A stretch of DNA of 64,000 bases from NCBI GenBank assembly GCA_051252375.1, contig JBPOFY010000002.1:512001-576000 (forward strand), read 5' to 3'. The notes below the pieces were generated by a model. It was not told the DNA's origin. It saw only the letters and a list, made by a program, of their open reading frames with translations, and searched no databases. A program made the translations under genes and the position numbers. Source of the stretch: Opitutaceae bacterium. GTDB lineage: Bacteria; Verrucomicrobiota; Verrucomicrobiia; Opitutales; Coraliomargaritaceae. Positions 1 to 9,169 of the stretch are shown here, one piece after another. Within the stretch, counting starts at the first letter, position 1; each line of letters starts with the position of its first letter.

Positions 1-1110
1 TTGCTGACGCACGGCATCTTCCAATGTGCCGAGCGTTTCATAAATCAAACCGGTGCGGTCATAGAATGGAACGATTTCAACCTGGCTGACAGTGCCGTCT
101 GCCAAAGTCTTTTTGGGCAGGCCTGCAGAGATCGCTTCAATCTGCTGCTTCACCCGCTTGATCACGGCGAGCGGATTCTCGCCGAAGCGTGTGACCACCA
201 CACCACCGACCGCTTCAGCTCCTGCTTTGTCTAAAGCACCACGGCGTAGTGCAGGACCGAATTCGATCTCGGCGATCTGCTCCAAAGTAATCGGCACATT
301 ATCACGCTGCGTGATGACGGTCTTCCGCAAGTCGTCGAGGGTTTCAATAAACCCTAGTCCACGGATGACATACTCGACTGCGTTGATTTCAATCGTGCGC
401 GCACCGACGTCGATATTACTCCCACGCACAGCAGCAAAGACTTCGTGTAGTGCGATGCCATAGGTGCGTAGTGCATCTGGATCGACATCCACTTGATACT
501 CTTTGACATAGCCGCCAATCGAGGCGACTTCAGCCACACCATCGACTCCTTGCAGCGCGTAGCGCACATACCAATCCTGCGTGCTGCGCAGCTCATCCAG
601 ATCCCAACCGCCACTCGGCTTGCCGTCCTCGGTCATACCTTCCAGCGTATACCAGAAGACCTGTCCCAAAGCCGTGGCATCCGGTCCCAACTGTGGCGAT
701 ACCCCTTGTGGCAAAGTGCCTGAAGGTAAGCTATTGAGCTTTTCCAGAATGCGACTGCGCGACCAGTAGAACTCAGCATCCTCTTTGAATATAATATAGA
801 TCGAAGAGAAGCCGAACATCGAATAGCTTCGGATGGTCTTCACCTCAGGCAAGCCCAGCAAAGCAGTGGTCATCGGATAGGTGATCTGATCTTCGATGTC
901 CTGCGGCGAGCGACCCATCCATTCGGTGAAAACGATTTGCTGGTTTTCACCGATGTCCGGAATCGCATCCACTGGCACCGGATCGCGTGGAAGCCAATCC
1001 ACTTTCCAATCAAATGGAGCGACCATGACGCCCCAAAGAATGAGGGCCGCAGTAAAGAGGATGACAACGAGCTTATTCTCGAGACAAAAGCGTATGAGTT
1101 TATTAATCAT
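1..1110 (-). CDS. cusA: Heavy-metal efflux RND permease, CusA/CzcA family (5' part; runs off the window start)
   Basis: Absent from the ORF track because it has no stop in the window. Manual translation from ATG at 1110: MINKLIRFCLENKLVV...PVDAIPDIGENQQIVFTEWMGRSPQDIEDQITYPMTTALLGLPEVKTIRSYSMFGFSSIYIIF...LGPDATALGQVFWY, a typical CusA N-terminus; lies downstream of adaptor and TolC genes. Confidence 0.93.
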   Translation of the reverse strand, partial: MINKLIRFCLENKLVVILFTAALILWGVMVAPFDWKVDWLPRDPVPVDAIPDIGENQQIVFTEWMGRSPQDIEDQITYPMTTALLGLPEVKTIRSYSMFGFSSIYIIFKEDAEFYWSRSRILEKLNSLPSGTLPQGVSPQLGPDATALGQVFWYTLEGMTEDGKPSGGWDLDELRSTQDWYVRYALQGVDGVAEVASIGGYVKEYQVDVDPDALRTYGIALHEVFAAVRGSNIDVGARTIEINAVEYVIRGLGFIETLDDLRKTVITQRDNVPITLEQIAEIEFGPALRRGALDKAGAEAVGGVVVTRFGENPLAVIKRVKQQIEAISAGLPKKTLADGTVSQVEIVPFYDRTGLIYETLGTLEDAVRQQ

Positions 1111-1187
1111 AATATTTTAACGACAGAATATTCAAAATGAGTTTCTTAAATTGGAACTTTGGTGCGCCGATATTCAGATTTTTGTGG

Positions 1188-2912
1188 TTAATTAATTTTC
1201 TCTTTCACTTCGCCGCAATGTAGCATCATCGCGCCGAAGTATGGGTTCACTAGCTCAGCATCTTCCTGTAGCCAGTCGGCTCCACGGTCTGAATAAACCA
1301 TCGGGCAATTCATGAGATACGCCTCGCCTTCCACCAACGACGCATCAGCTTTCACCGCGGCAATCACCAGCTTGGAGAGCGTCTCAAAATGTGGGCGACG
1401 AATCCCATCGAGGTCGGCCGCATTCAACATGGTGTGAATCAACTCCGGCACATCTCCGCTATGACCTGTCACGCCCATCATAGCTTTCAGCGCAGCTTGG
1501 CTACCGACCAAATCATCGGCGGCGAGCGTTTTTTGTAGCTCAAAATAATGCGGCAAAAACTCCGCGGTAATTTGCTTCGAGATTTCTAACTTCTGCATAC
1601 CCGCATGCTTCGAATGGTCGGGCTGTGCGACAGTTGGTGCTGTATCACCATGATTATGCCCAGGAGTTTGGCCGCCACCTTCGGGGTTCATCATACTAGG
1701 CTTCGCCTGAATCTGCAGAGCACTATCGATCTTAAAAGCACCGTTCATCACGACGCGCTCTCCTGCCATCAATCCATCGACAACTACAAAGCTGTCCCCC
1801 GCCCTTGGACCGAGAACAATTTCGCGGCCTTCATATGTCGGCCGTTCGGTGTCTGGCTTTTCAACATAAACAACTGCGCGTTTACCGGTGCGCAGGACAG
1901 CAGTAGCTGGCACCAATAACGACGGATCGGCGTCTGCCGTCACGGATGCGGTCACCGCACCACGGGCAAACATACCCGGTTTGAGTCGATGATCCTTATT
2001 CGGCACATTGGCACGCACGCCTACCGTGCGGGTCTTGGCGTTGACCTCTGGTTCAATGAAAGCGATTTCACCGGTGAAGGTTTCTCCAGAAAAAGCTTCG
2101 GTTGTAAAAGCTATCGATTGTCCAACTCGTAACCACGCAAGGTCTGATTCGTAAGCTTCGAGCTCCAACCACAATTGGCTGAGGTCCACGATTTTAAACA
2201 GTGACTCGCCCGTTTTCACATAGTCGCCTTCCTTCACATTCTTCGAAACGACTATGCCGCCGACTGGAGCCGCAAGTTGAAAGCGATCCTTGGCTTCACC
2301 CGCGACAAGAACCGCGTCGATCTGCGCTGGCAGGAGATCCCAAAGGCGCAGTTTTTCGCGAGCAACTGCAGTCAAGCGACCGTTCGGATCACGTTGATAT
2401 GCGGTGATCAACTCACGTTGCGCGGTGAGCAGCTCGGCGCTGTAGACATTTGCGAGTGGCTGCCCTTGTTCGACACGCTCTCCGGTAACGTTGACATAGA
2501 GTTCTTCAATACGTGCGGGAAACCGTGCCGTTAACGATTTTTCAAGAGTCTCGTCATAGACCAAGCGTCCCACGAGACGCACGTCAGTTTGAGCAAGCGC
2601 GCGCCCTATTTCAACTGTTTGAATATCTGCAAGTGCCCGCGAACTTTCACTCATCGACAATTCACGTGGTCCAAGATCAGCAGTTGCGTCGGTTATTTCC
2701 GGAATCAGATCCATGCCACAGATCGGGCAATCACCGGGGTTGGGTTGACGAATCTGAGGATGCATCGAACAAGTCCAGATAGCTGCTGCGGCCTCTTCGG
2801 TATGCGCGGCTTCAGTATGCGAATCCACTGCATTTGATGGGATGAGAAAGCGACCTGCGATGAGGCCAAGGAGGAGCAATGAGGCTCCAATTAAAACATG
2901 TTTTGTTTTCAT
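1188..2912 (-). CDS. cusB: RND periplasmic adaptor (CusB-like) with N-terminal heavy-metal-binding domain and C-terminal DUF3347-like domain
   Basis: WTCSMHPQI...CPICGMDL metal motif, membrane-fusion-protein core (RLKPGMF), His-rich linker, C-terminal CPM...WLQ...NPYFG.MMLHCG. Confidence 0.9.
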   Translation of the reverse strand: MKTKHVLIGASLLLLGLIAGRFLIPSNAVDSHTEAAHTEEAAAAIWTCSMHPQIRQPNPGDCPICGMDLIPEITDATADLGPRELSMSESSRALADIQTVEIGRALAQTDVRLVGRLVYDETLEKSLTARFPARIEELYVNVTGERVEQGQPLANVYSAELLTAQRELITAYQRDPNGRLTAVAREKLRLWDLLPAQIDAVLVAGEAKDRFQLAAPVGGIVVSKNVKEGDYVKTGESLFKIVDLSQLWLELEAYESDLAWLRVGQSIAFTTEAFSGETFTGEIAFIEPEVNAKTRTVGVRANVPNKDHRLKPGMFARGAVTASVTADADPSLLVPATAVLRTGKRAVVYVEKPDTERPTYEGREIVLGPRAGDSFVVVDGLMAGERVVMNGAFKIDSALQIQAKPSMMNPEGGGQTPGHNHGDTAPTVAQPDHSKHAGMQKLEISKQITAEFLPHYFELQKTLAADDLVGSQAALKAMMGVTGHSGDVPELIHTMLNAADLDGIRRPHFETLSKLVIAAVKADASLVEGEAYLMNCPMVYSDRGADWLQEDAELVNPYFGAMMLHCGEVKEKIN

Positions 2913-2931
2913 TATCGTATGTGTGTTTATT

Positions 2932-4197
2932 TTAAAATTGTCCGATCAACGTGCTGATGGCCGCGTCGGCTTGGTGCACATGTGTCAGCGCGCGCCAGTA
3001 GTTGAGATTTAGGTCGAGTAATGCGCGCTCACTGTCGATGAGTTCGAGCGCACTGATTTGATTCGCGGCATAGGCGGATCGTGAGTTGTCCAATGCCTGC
3101 TCTGCCAGTGGAATGAGCGTGGCTTCGTATCGATGCATACGTTGGAAGGCGTCGTTGCGGCGCGCGAGTGAAGCACTGAGATCAGATTTAAGATCCAACA
3201 ATCGGCTACGATAGTGCGCTTCGATCGAGCGCTTGTCGGCTTGTGCGGCACGTATCTCGGCGCTGTTTTTGCCCTCCCAAATCGGGATATTCACTGCGAC
3301 GGTAACATTCCATGGATCACGCCCGGCATCCTTCGTCGCCATAATCGGATCACCGACTTGAATATAGTTTATACCGAATGTGAAATCAGGCAGTCGATCC
3401 AAACGACTGAGTCGAACCGCAGCAGTCGCACTCTCAGTTGCTTCGCGCATGGCGAGCAGTTCTGGATTGTTCGCTTCTAGAAGCGGCATCAGCTGAGCGA
3501 TATTCGTCGCCGCCTTTGATTCTTCAAGGAAACCTTCGAGCTCGCCAAGCGAATCGATTTCCACCGCTAAAAGCGCAGCCAGTTCCGCACGGCGCACCAT
3601 CCGCATCTGCTCCAACTGTTGTATTTGATCCAATGCACGCTCGGTTTCGACCTCCAGACGCAACATCGCATTGAGCGAACCGCCCGCACGAGTTTGCTCT
3701 TCGACGATGGCACGCATGTCTTCAATTAACTCCAAGCTCTCCAGGGTCGAAGTCAGTGCCTGGTCGAGATACACCACCTCGGCATACGAAGTGGCGACGG
3801 CTCGACGTATGCGGAAGAGCCCTGCGGTATACAGGTGCCCCACTTGGTCGGAACGACTTTCTGCCATCGACGCTTTGGTGCTTAACTTCGTCAACCAAGG
3901 GATGGTTTGCTTGATCGAGTAAATCGCCTCCTGTGGTCCGGTGCGTGTTTCAACCGACTCACCGAAGTAAGTAAATTGAGCCGATGGGTCAGGCAACGAC
4001 GACGCGATTTTCACGCGTTCAGCGGCTGACAGATGGTCTTCCCGCAGCGCTTGCAGTGTCGGATTGACGGTTTCCGCACGTGCCAGTGCGTCGCTCAAAG
4101 AGCGCGGAGTTATGTCAGCGGACAAGTGTATTGCCCCAAGAATGAGACAGGTAGCCCCAACAAAATGGGCCTTAAAGGTATTGAGATATGTTTGCAT
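2932..4197 (-). CDS. TolC-family outer membrane efflux protein (CusC-like)
   Basis: Signal peptide, LPDP and NPEL repeats, helical outer-membrane-efflux pattern, position in the operon. Confidence 0.88.
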   Translation of the reverse strand: MQTYLNTFKAHFVGATCLILGAIHLSADITPRSLSDALARAETVNPTLQALREDHLSAAERVKIASSLPDPSAQFTYFGESVETRTGPQEAIYSIKQTIPWLTKLSTKASMAESRSDQVGHLYTAGLFRIRRAVATSYAEVVYLDQALTSTLESLELIEDMRAIVEEQTRAGGSLNAMLRLEVETERALDQIQQLEQMRMVRRAELAALLAVEIDSLGELEGFLEESKAATNIAQLMPLLEANNPELLAMREATESATAAVRLSRLDRLPDFTFGINYIQVGDPIMATKDAGRDPWNVTVAVNIPIWEGKNSAEIRAAQADKRSIEAHYRSRLLDLKSDLSASLARRNDAFQRMHRYEATLIPLAEQALDNSRSAYAANQISALELIDSERALLDLNLNYWRALTHVHQADAAISTLIGQF

Positions 4198-4301
4198 GGA
4201 TCATGATTTAAAATCGGTATTCACGAGAACGATCCACCATCGCAATGGCAGGATTCGCTTCAAAGATTGCACGCGCAGCGTGCAACGACGTGACCGATCA
4301 A

Positions 4302-4712
4302 TCAGATCCGATAGACACAATACACCTGTGAAATCGATTCAGGGCTACCCACATGGCGAGCCGTGACATCCGAAATGACAGGGTGATCAGCAGAGATCGA
4401 AAGCTCTGCCTCAAAATCGTAATGAGTTAATACTGCTATCAGCAAAGGAGAATACTCTGCATGAATCGCTGGTGTATGGATATCATTCTGCGCGGCTAAC
4501 TCATGCTCGCGACTTACTTGGTGGGGGCATTCCCCCGGTTCATGCTGCGAATCGCGACTCGATGAATCCGTCGAAGTTCCTTCGCTCGAACTGCAGCAAC
4601 TGTGCGTAGGTCCAGTCTCAACACTAGTTCCAGCAAACAGACCCGCAGTGCAACAGCAGAACGGATTCATAACGGCCAGAATGACCATCAACTGGATTAC
4701 CTTAACGAACAT
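4302..4712 (-). CDS. Small exported Cys/His-rich hypothetical protein at the head of the metal efflux operon
   Basis: Hydrophobic N-terminus, CCC, SCC and CPH motifs, C-terminal YCVYRI; same strand as the cus genes. Confidence 0.7.
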   Translation of the reverse strand: MFVKVIQLMVILAVMNPFCCCTAGLFAGTSVETGPTHSCCSSSEGTSTDSSSRDSQHEPGECPHQVSREHELAAQNDIHTPAIHAEYSPLLIAVLTHYDFEAELSISADHPVISDVTARHVGSPESISQVYCVYRI

Positions 4713-4784
4713 AATGAATAACTAGCACTTGTATGAGAAAGTAGCAACATGAGTTTTATTCCCAAAAACCTCAAAGTTCACGAG

Positions 4785-5714
4785 TTACATCGTCAGCTGA
4801 CGTGCCACCTTCAGTGCAGCGGCAAAACTACCACAATCTGCAAGACCTTTCCCCGCGATATCGTATGCTGTGCCGTGATCGGGGCTAGTCCGCACATAGG
4901 GCAGCCCCAAGGTCACATTGACCGCGGCATCAAACTCCAAAGTCTTCACCGCAGCAAGGCCTTGATCGTGGTAAGCCGACACCACGACATCAAACTCGCC
5001 CTTCCGTTGACGAAAGAAGACCGTATCACCCGGCAAACATTTCGACAGACCGGGAATGTTTTCACGTAGGCGATCCAATGCGGGATCGAGCACATCGCGC
5101 TCTTCGACTCCCAAAATACCGCCCTCGCCTGCGTGGGGGTTCAGACCACAGACGCCAATCCTTGGCGCCGTCACTCCGAAGGATTTTGCAAGCGCATCAG
5201 CGCGCTCAACAGCCAACGACAACGCTTCTGCAGTCAAGGCATCCGCCACATCACGAAGTGGTATATGCCAAGTCGCCAAAACAACTTTCAACTCATTACC
5301 CACAAAGCCCATGGTCGGCTCGCCGCCCCAGGCTTCGGCAAAAAACTCGGTCTGCCCCGGATGCTTGAAGCCCACCTGTTGTAACCAGTGTTTACTCACT
5401 GGGCCGGAAACCACTCCACGAAAACGCCCAGCAACGCAGCCTTGTGCCGCAACTTTCAACGCATCGAGCGCCACCTGCGCACCATCCAACGAAGGCACAC
5501 CGAAGTTCGGAGAAAAATCTTCTGCGCCCACCGCCTCATAAGCCAACCCAAGCTCAGCAGACAATGGCTCAGCCCACTCCCGAGCACCAATCAACACACA
5601 ATCTTTCGCCAGGGAAGGTTCCGCCCGTAAGGCACCCGCAATCACTTCCGGGCCCACTCCTGCGGGATCACCACAGGTAATCGCAAGGGGCAATGTCTGG
5701 TCAGCTGTAGTCAT
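4785..5714 (-). CDS. pdxA: 4-hydroxythreonine-4-phosphate dehydrogenase
   Basis: GDPAGVGPE, LNPHAGE, YHDQG and RTSPDHGTAYDIAG motifs; start placed at ATG 5714. Confidence 0.95.
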   Translation of the reverse strand: MTTADQTLPLAITCGDPAGVGPEVIAGALRAEPSLAKDCVLIGAREWAEPLSAELGLAYEAVGAEDFSPNFGVPSLDGAQVALDALKVAAQGCVAGRFRGVVSGPVSKHWLQQVGFKHPGQTEFFAEAWGGEPTMGFVGNELKVVLATWHIPLRDVADALTAEALSLAVERADALAKSFGVTAPRIGVCGLNPHAGEGGILGVEERDVLDPALDRLRENIPGLSKCLPGDTVFFRQRKGEFDVVVSAYHDQGLAAVKTLEFDAAVNVTLGLPYVRTSPDHGTAYDIAGKGLADCGSFAAALKVARQLTM

Positions 5715-5727
5715 GAATCGCTCCGAA

Positions 5728-6525
5728 TTAATCGCCCGACTCCATACTCGATTGCACGAAGCCGCGCTTGCCGGCTTCAAAGAAACTCAAGAATCGCGCA
5801 CCGGTCGACGTCGTGCCGAACTCATGTTCGCGCGCCGCTTCGGCGGCCTTCTTCTTTAAATTACCGCCACCAAAATAAACCGCACGATAGCAACGCTTCA
5901 AATCGGTGATATCGCGTTGATCAAAACCACCACGTCGTAGGCCCACCATGTTGAGACCATGCGCTTGGTTGCGTTCAGCTGTCATCACATAAGGCGGCAC
6001 ATCTGCCGCGACTGATGCATTGCCGGCTACCATTGCATACGCACCGATGCGGCAATTCTGATGGATGCCCGCACCACCGCCGACAAAGACTTTTTCACCA
6101 ATGGTCACATGGCCCGCGATCATCACATTATTCGCCAAGATCACCGACGCCGCTAATTTGCAGTCATGAGCGACATGTGACTGCGACATTAAAAACCCAC
6201 TCTCACCGATCACCGTATTTTCTCCCGCAGTCGTGGACCGGTGGATGGTGCAGCCTTCACGTATGATCGTGTCGTTGCCGACCACAACACCGCTCTCAAT
6301 AGAGTGATCAAAACCGATCGACTGGGGCGCCCCACCGATCACCGAAAAGGAATCCACCGAAACGTTGTCACCCAACACAGTGCCTTTCCGTATGACAGCG
6401 TGCCCAGCAATTGTGCAGCCTTTACCAACAATCACACCGTCTTCAACCAAAGCATAAGGCCCAATCGAGGAGCCTTCTCCAATAGAAGCAGTTTCAGAAA
6501 CAATAGCAGTAGAATGAATCGACAT
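5728..6525 (-). CDS. lpxA: UDP-N-acetylglucosamine O-acyltransferase
   Basis: IHSTAIV start, hexapeptide repeats, HVAHDC, IHQ..RIG, GLNMVGLRR. Confidence 0.92.
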   Translation of the reverse strand: MSIHSTAIVSETASIGEGSSIGPYALVEDGVIVGKGCTIAGHAVIRKGTVLGDNVSVDSFSVIGGAPQSIGFDHSIESGVVVGNDTIIREGCTIHRSTTAGENTVIGESGFLMSQSHVAHDCKLAASVILANNVMIAGHVTIGEKVFVGGGAGIHQNCRIGAYAMVAGNASVAADVPPYVMTAERNQAHGLNMVGLRRGGFDQRDITDLKRCYRAVYFGGGNLKKKAAEAAREHEFGTTSTGARFLSFFEAGKRGFVQSSMESGD

Positions 6526-6621
6526 AAGGCAACAAAGACGCATTTCCTGCCCCGCATCAATCACGATTAAGAAATTCGTGCAGGGTCTGCCAAACGTAGG
6601 GACGTCAGTCTGTCGTCAACT

Positions 6622-6701
6622 GGAGGGTTGCGCTCCGTCGCAACCGCCGATTGTTCGATATTTTTAAACGATTTTGCGGCAATGACGGAGCATTGCCCTC
6701 C
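6622..6701. repeat. REP doublet (GGAG-type)
   Basis: GGAGGGTTGCGCTCCGTCGCAACC and inverted GGAGGGCAATGCTCCGTCATTGCC; each arm is a hairpin around a shared GCTCCGTC core. Confidence 0.75.
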
Positions 6702-6735
6702 AATATAGACAGCTTACCGTATTATCGAACCCCCT

Positions 6736-7353
6736 CTACGAAAACAACGTCATCTGCGGCTCGCGGATCATATCATTGATCTTCAAGACTCGAAGCATTT
6801 GGAGCACGTCTGATTTCTGATAGCTGTGGTTCACCTCCACATGGCGGAGTAGATTTTCCAAAATTGTGCTAAACACGATCACTCCATCCACGCCTGCGGA
6901 CTTCAGCAACTCCGTGCATTCTTCGCGATGGGCTTCACTCGTCGGAAAGCCCGGCAAAATCAAAATCTTCAAGAAATCGGCATAGTCTTGGCCTTCTGCC
7001 TCCGCCTCTTCGTCTGCTTCCACCTGAAAATGCAGGTCCATTTTCGCAACCACCTCTTTCTTAATGAAATCAAGTAGCTTTGGACTGCTCTTTAAAATTG
7101 CCGGCGTAAACCGAGAATAGTGCCAGCCCTTGATCGCGACCAAAGCCCCGCGCATTTGCGACATATCCGAAGAAAACAATTGAAAGCCAGCAGGCGCACT
7201 TCCCTCCGCCGTCTGCGGATGATACACCACCAATTCATTGGCTTCCTCTGCAGACTTCTTTCGCGTGGGCAAAGCATGCTTATGCAGCTGACGGACAAAA
7301 AATCCATTCAGCTCGAAATACTCGCGCACAATATTCTCATCAAAACCCGCCAT
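6736..7353 (-). CDS. Hypothetical protein, possible degenerate PD-(D/E)XK fold
   Basis: 205-aa ORF; E..VREYFELNGFFV helix and later VAIKGWH. Confidence 0.7.
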   Translation of the reverse strand: MAGFDENIVREYFELNGFFVRQLHKHALPTRKKSAEEANELVVYHPQTAEGSAPAGFQLFSSDMSQMRGALVAIKGWHYSRFTPAILKSSPKLLDFIKKEVVAKMDLHFQVEADEEAEAEGQDYADFLKILILPGFPTSEAHREECTELLKSAGVDGVIVFSTILENLLRHVEVNHSYQKSDVLQMLRVLKINDMIREPQMTLFS

Positions 7354-7427
7354 AATCACGACTGTCTAGGGCAAAGCGGCGCCTAGGTCAATGCCGCGAA
7401 ATGCCGGCTAACGCATCCCTAAAAAAT

Positions 7428-7489
7428 GTAGCCACGGCAGTCTCTGCCTTGCCCCTCCAACGAATCACGGCAGAGACTGCCGTGGCTAC
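7428..7489. repeat. REP doublet (GTAG-type)
   Basis: GTAGCCACGGCAGTCTCTGCCTTG ... CACGGCAGAGACTGCCGTGGCTAC inverted arms. Confidence 0.8.
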
Positions 7490-7523
7490 AGCGCAAATCC
7501 AAAGCGCATTAAAAAGCTTACGT

Positions 7524-8711
7524 TTAGACTCCTCGATTCAGAGACAAAGCCAAAGCTCCTTGAATCAAACCATTGGCCAGTGGCTGTTGCCTAGAGGTCA
7601 GTTGTCCATGCTTGAGGAAACGACTCAACGCCGCGGGACTATCTCCGGACCACCAATGCAGCCAATACGGAAATCCATCCATCAAACCTGCCGCCGTCGC
7701 CAATGGCAAAAAGGCATCTACCATCATAGTATGGAAACGCTTCTCGCCGATGATGCCGCCAAACAAGTCCATTCTTACCCCATCACTTCGCCCAGGAAAA
7801 GGAAGACTACGACGCAATGCACTCGTGCCCACTTCGCTATTCACCACGACTGCCTTCGACAACACTTGCTGCAAAGTTTCAGGCCACTGCGGATCGTGCT
7901 GCAACAGTTGAAGATACTGCTCCAAACGTTTACGCGGATGATTCGCAGGGCGCAGGCCACTCAACTTCCAACGATCTACTTGTAAATCAAACAAAGTAGC
8001 CGCATCCAAAGTCGACCACTGGGACGCAGACAGCGGATACTGCAAAGCAATCTGCGACATCGGGGCACGATTCCGCGAATAGCCCAGCACTTCTAAACAA
8101 AGTTGATGGCACGCCTCCGCCCACCCCGCTGACTCTAGACGCTTCCGCGCAAACGCGAGCTTCTGCTCCCAACGTTCGCGCGCTCGTGCATAAACAACGT
8201 CGCGTCTTTCCTCTAAAGGTTTTTCCAAGAACCGAGCGACCCATTCCAAATCGTCCACCTGCTCCAATTCCAGCAAAGCCTCATCGATCGCATACGATTC
8301 CAAATCACGTTCCAAACGCGGCAGTAGAACCAACAGCTCCGGCTCTTTCCCCGAAAGTGTTTTCACCGGTGCCGAAGCCTGCTTCTCCTCATGGAGCACC
8401 ACGTGCAACACCACTTGGTTAAATTCAGGGTTCCGTTCATGCCCATGTGCATACCAATCGCTTGCAGTAAAATGCACTTCCACATCACCCACCACAAGCT
8501 GACCATCAATGACAAGACGAGCCTCCTTAAAGTCTGGGCCGCCTAACAAATTCCAACGCCCCGGATCTTTCACCACAACACTCTGCCCGGAAATCGTGGT
8601 TAAATCACTCGTCTCAAAATCCTGCCGCAGCCAAATCTTCTGCACCACTCGCTCAGACAGCGTAAAGGGTCCGTAGAGCCCCTGAATTTCTTTCACCTGA
8701 TCAGCTAACAT
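7524..8711 (-). CDS. DUF2851 family protein
   Basis: ERVVQKIW...PGRWN..GPDF..A...GDVEVH...W..HGH...VVLHVV and RPANHP.KRL motifs. Confidence 0.85.
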   Translation of the reverse strand: MLADQVKEIQGLYGPFTLSERVVQKIWLRQDFETSDLTTISGQSVVVKDPGRWNLLGGPDFKEARLVIDGQLVVGDVEVHFTASDWYAHGHERNPEFNQVVLHVVLHEEKQASAPVKTLSGKEPELLVLLPRLERDLESYAIDEALLELEQVDDLEWVARFLEKPLEERRDVVYARARERWEQKLAFARKRLESAGWAEACHQLCLEVLGYSRNRAPMSQIALQYPLSASQWSTLDAATLFDLQVDRWKLSGLRPANHPRKRLEQYLQLLQHDPQWPETLQQVLSKAVVVNSEVGTSALRRSLPFPGRSDGVRMDLFGGIIGEKRFHTMMVDAFLPLATAAGLMDGFPYWLHWWSGDSPAALSRFLKHGQLTSRQQPLANGLIQGALALSLNRGV

Positions 8712-8802
8712 CTTACAAACAAATCAACCAACGTCCCGCCACAGGTCAATAATAAGGCAAAGGCATGCGACGATGACGTGTGTGGAGGTCACGAGATAGG
8801 CA

Positions 8803-8881
8803 GGTAGCGGCGCTTGTCCCTAAGCGCCATCCGATACGGTCTGACTCTGACGAATGGCGCTTAGGGACAAGCGCCGTTACC
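8803..8881. repeat. REPIN family A, copy 1
   Basis: GGTAGCGGCGCTTGTCCCTAAGCGCC + spacer GATACGGTCTGACTCTGACG + inverted arm; near-identical copies at 17621 and 52820. Confidence 0.9.
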
Positions 8882-8943
8882 ACGAAGAACTGCACGAAAG
8901 CAGAGCCTAAGTGCCCACGTCCTCGCCTCTTCGCCCCTCTCAT

Positions 8944-8975
8944 CCAAAAATCATTCTGCCAAAAATTATTCTGCC
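8944..8975. repeat. 15-bp tandem repeat (CCAAAAAT(T/C)ATTCTG x2)
   Basis: Same unit recurs at 55743-55770 (inverted) and 56319-56348. Confidence 0.75.
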
Positions 8976-9169
8976 TCAATTACGAATGCGTCGTCTCTCC
9001 TGCCTCGGAGTCTCTGCGCGAGCCATTCACTCGTATGCTTTGCCCCAGGACAACTAGATGAACCATCCAGAGAATTCCTAAAACCAACTGGTCGATGAAG
9101 CCAGTAGACCGGTGAGAAAAATTTCTATTTAAGCTTTGTTACTTTGCACCTTTGTGAGGAAAATCGGGC

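Noticed and set aside
1188..2912. CusB with extra metal-binding and DUF3347-like domains as a novel fusion
   Set aside because: This architecture is familiar from Bacteroidota and PVC copper efflux adaptors
7401..7985. Long shadow ORFs on opposite strands (also 20491-21246, 26200-26745, 48398-49240 and others)
   Set aside because: They overlap well-supported genes in antisense and show no recognisable motifs
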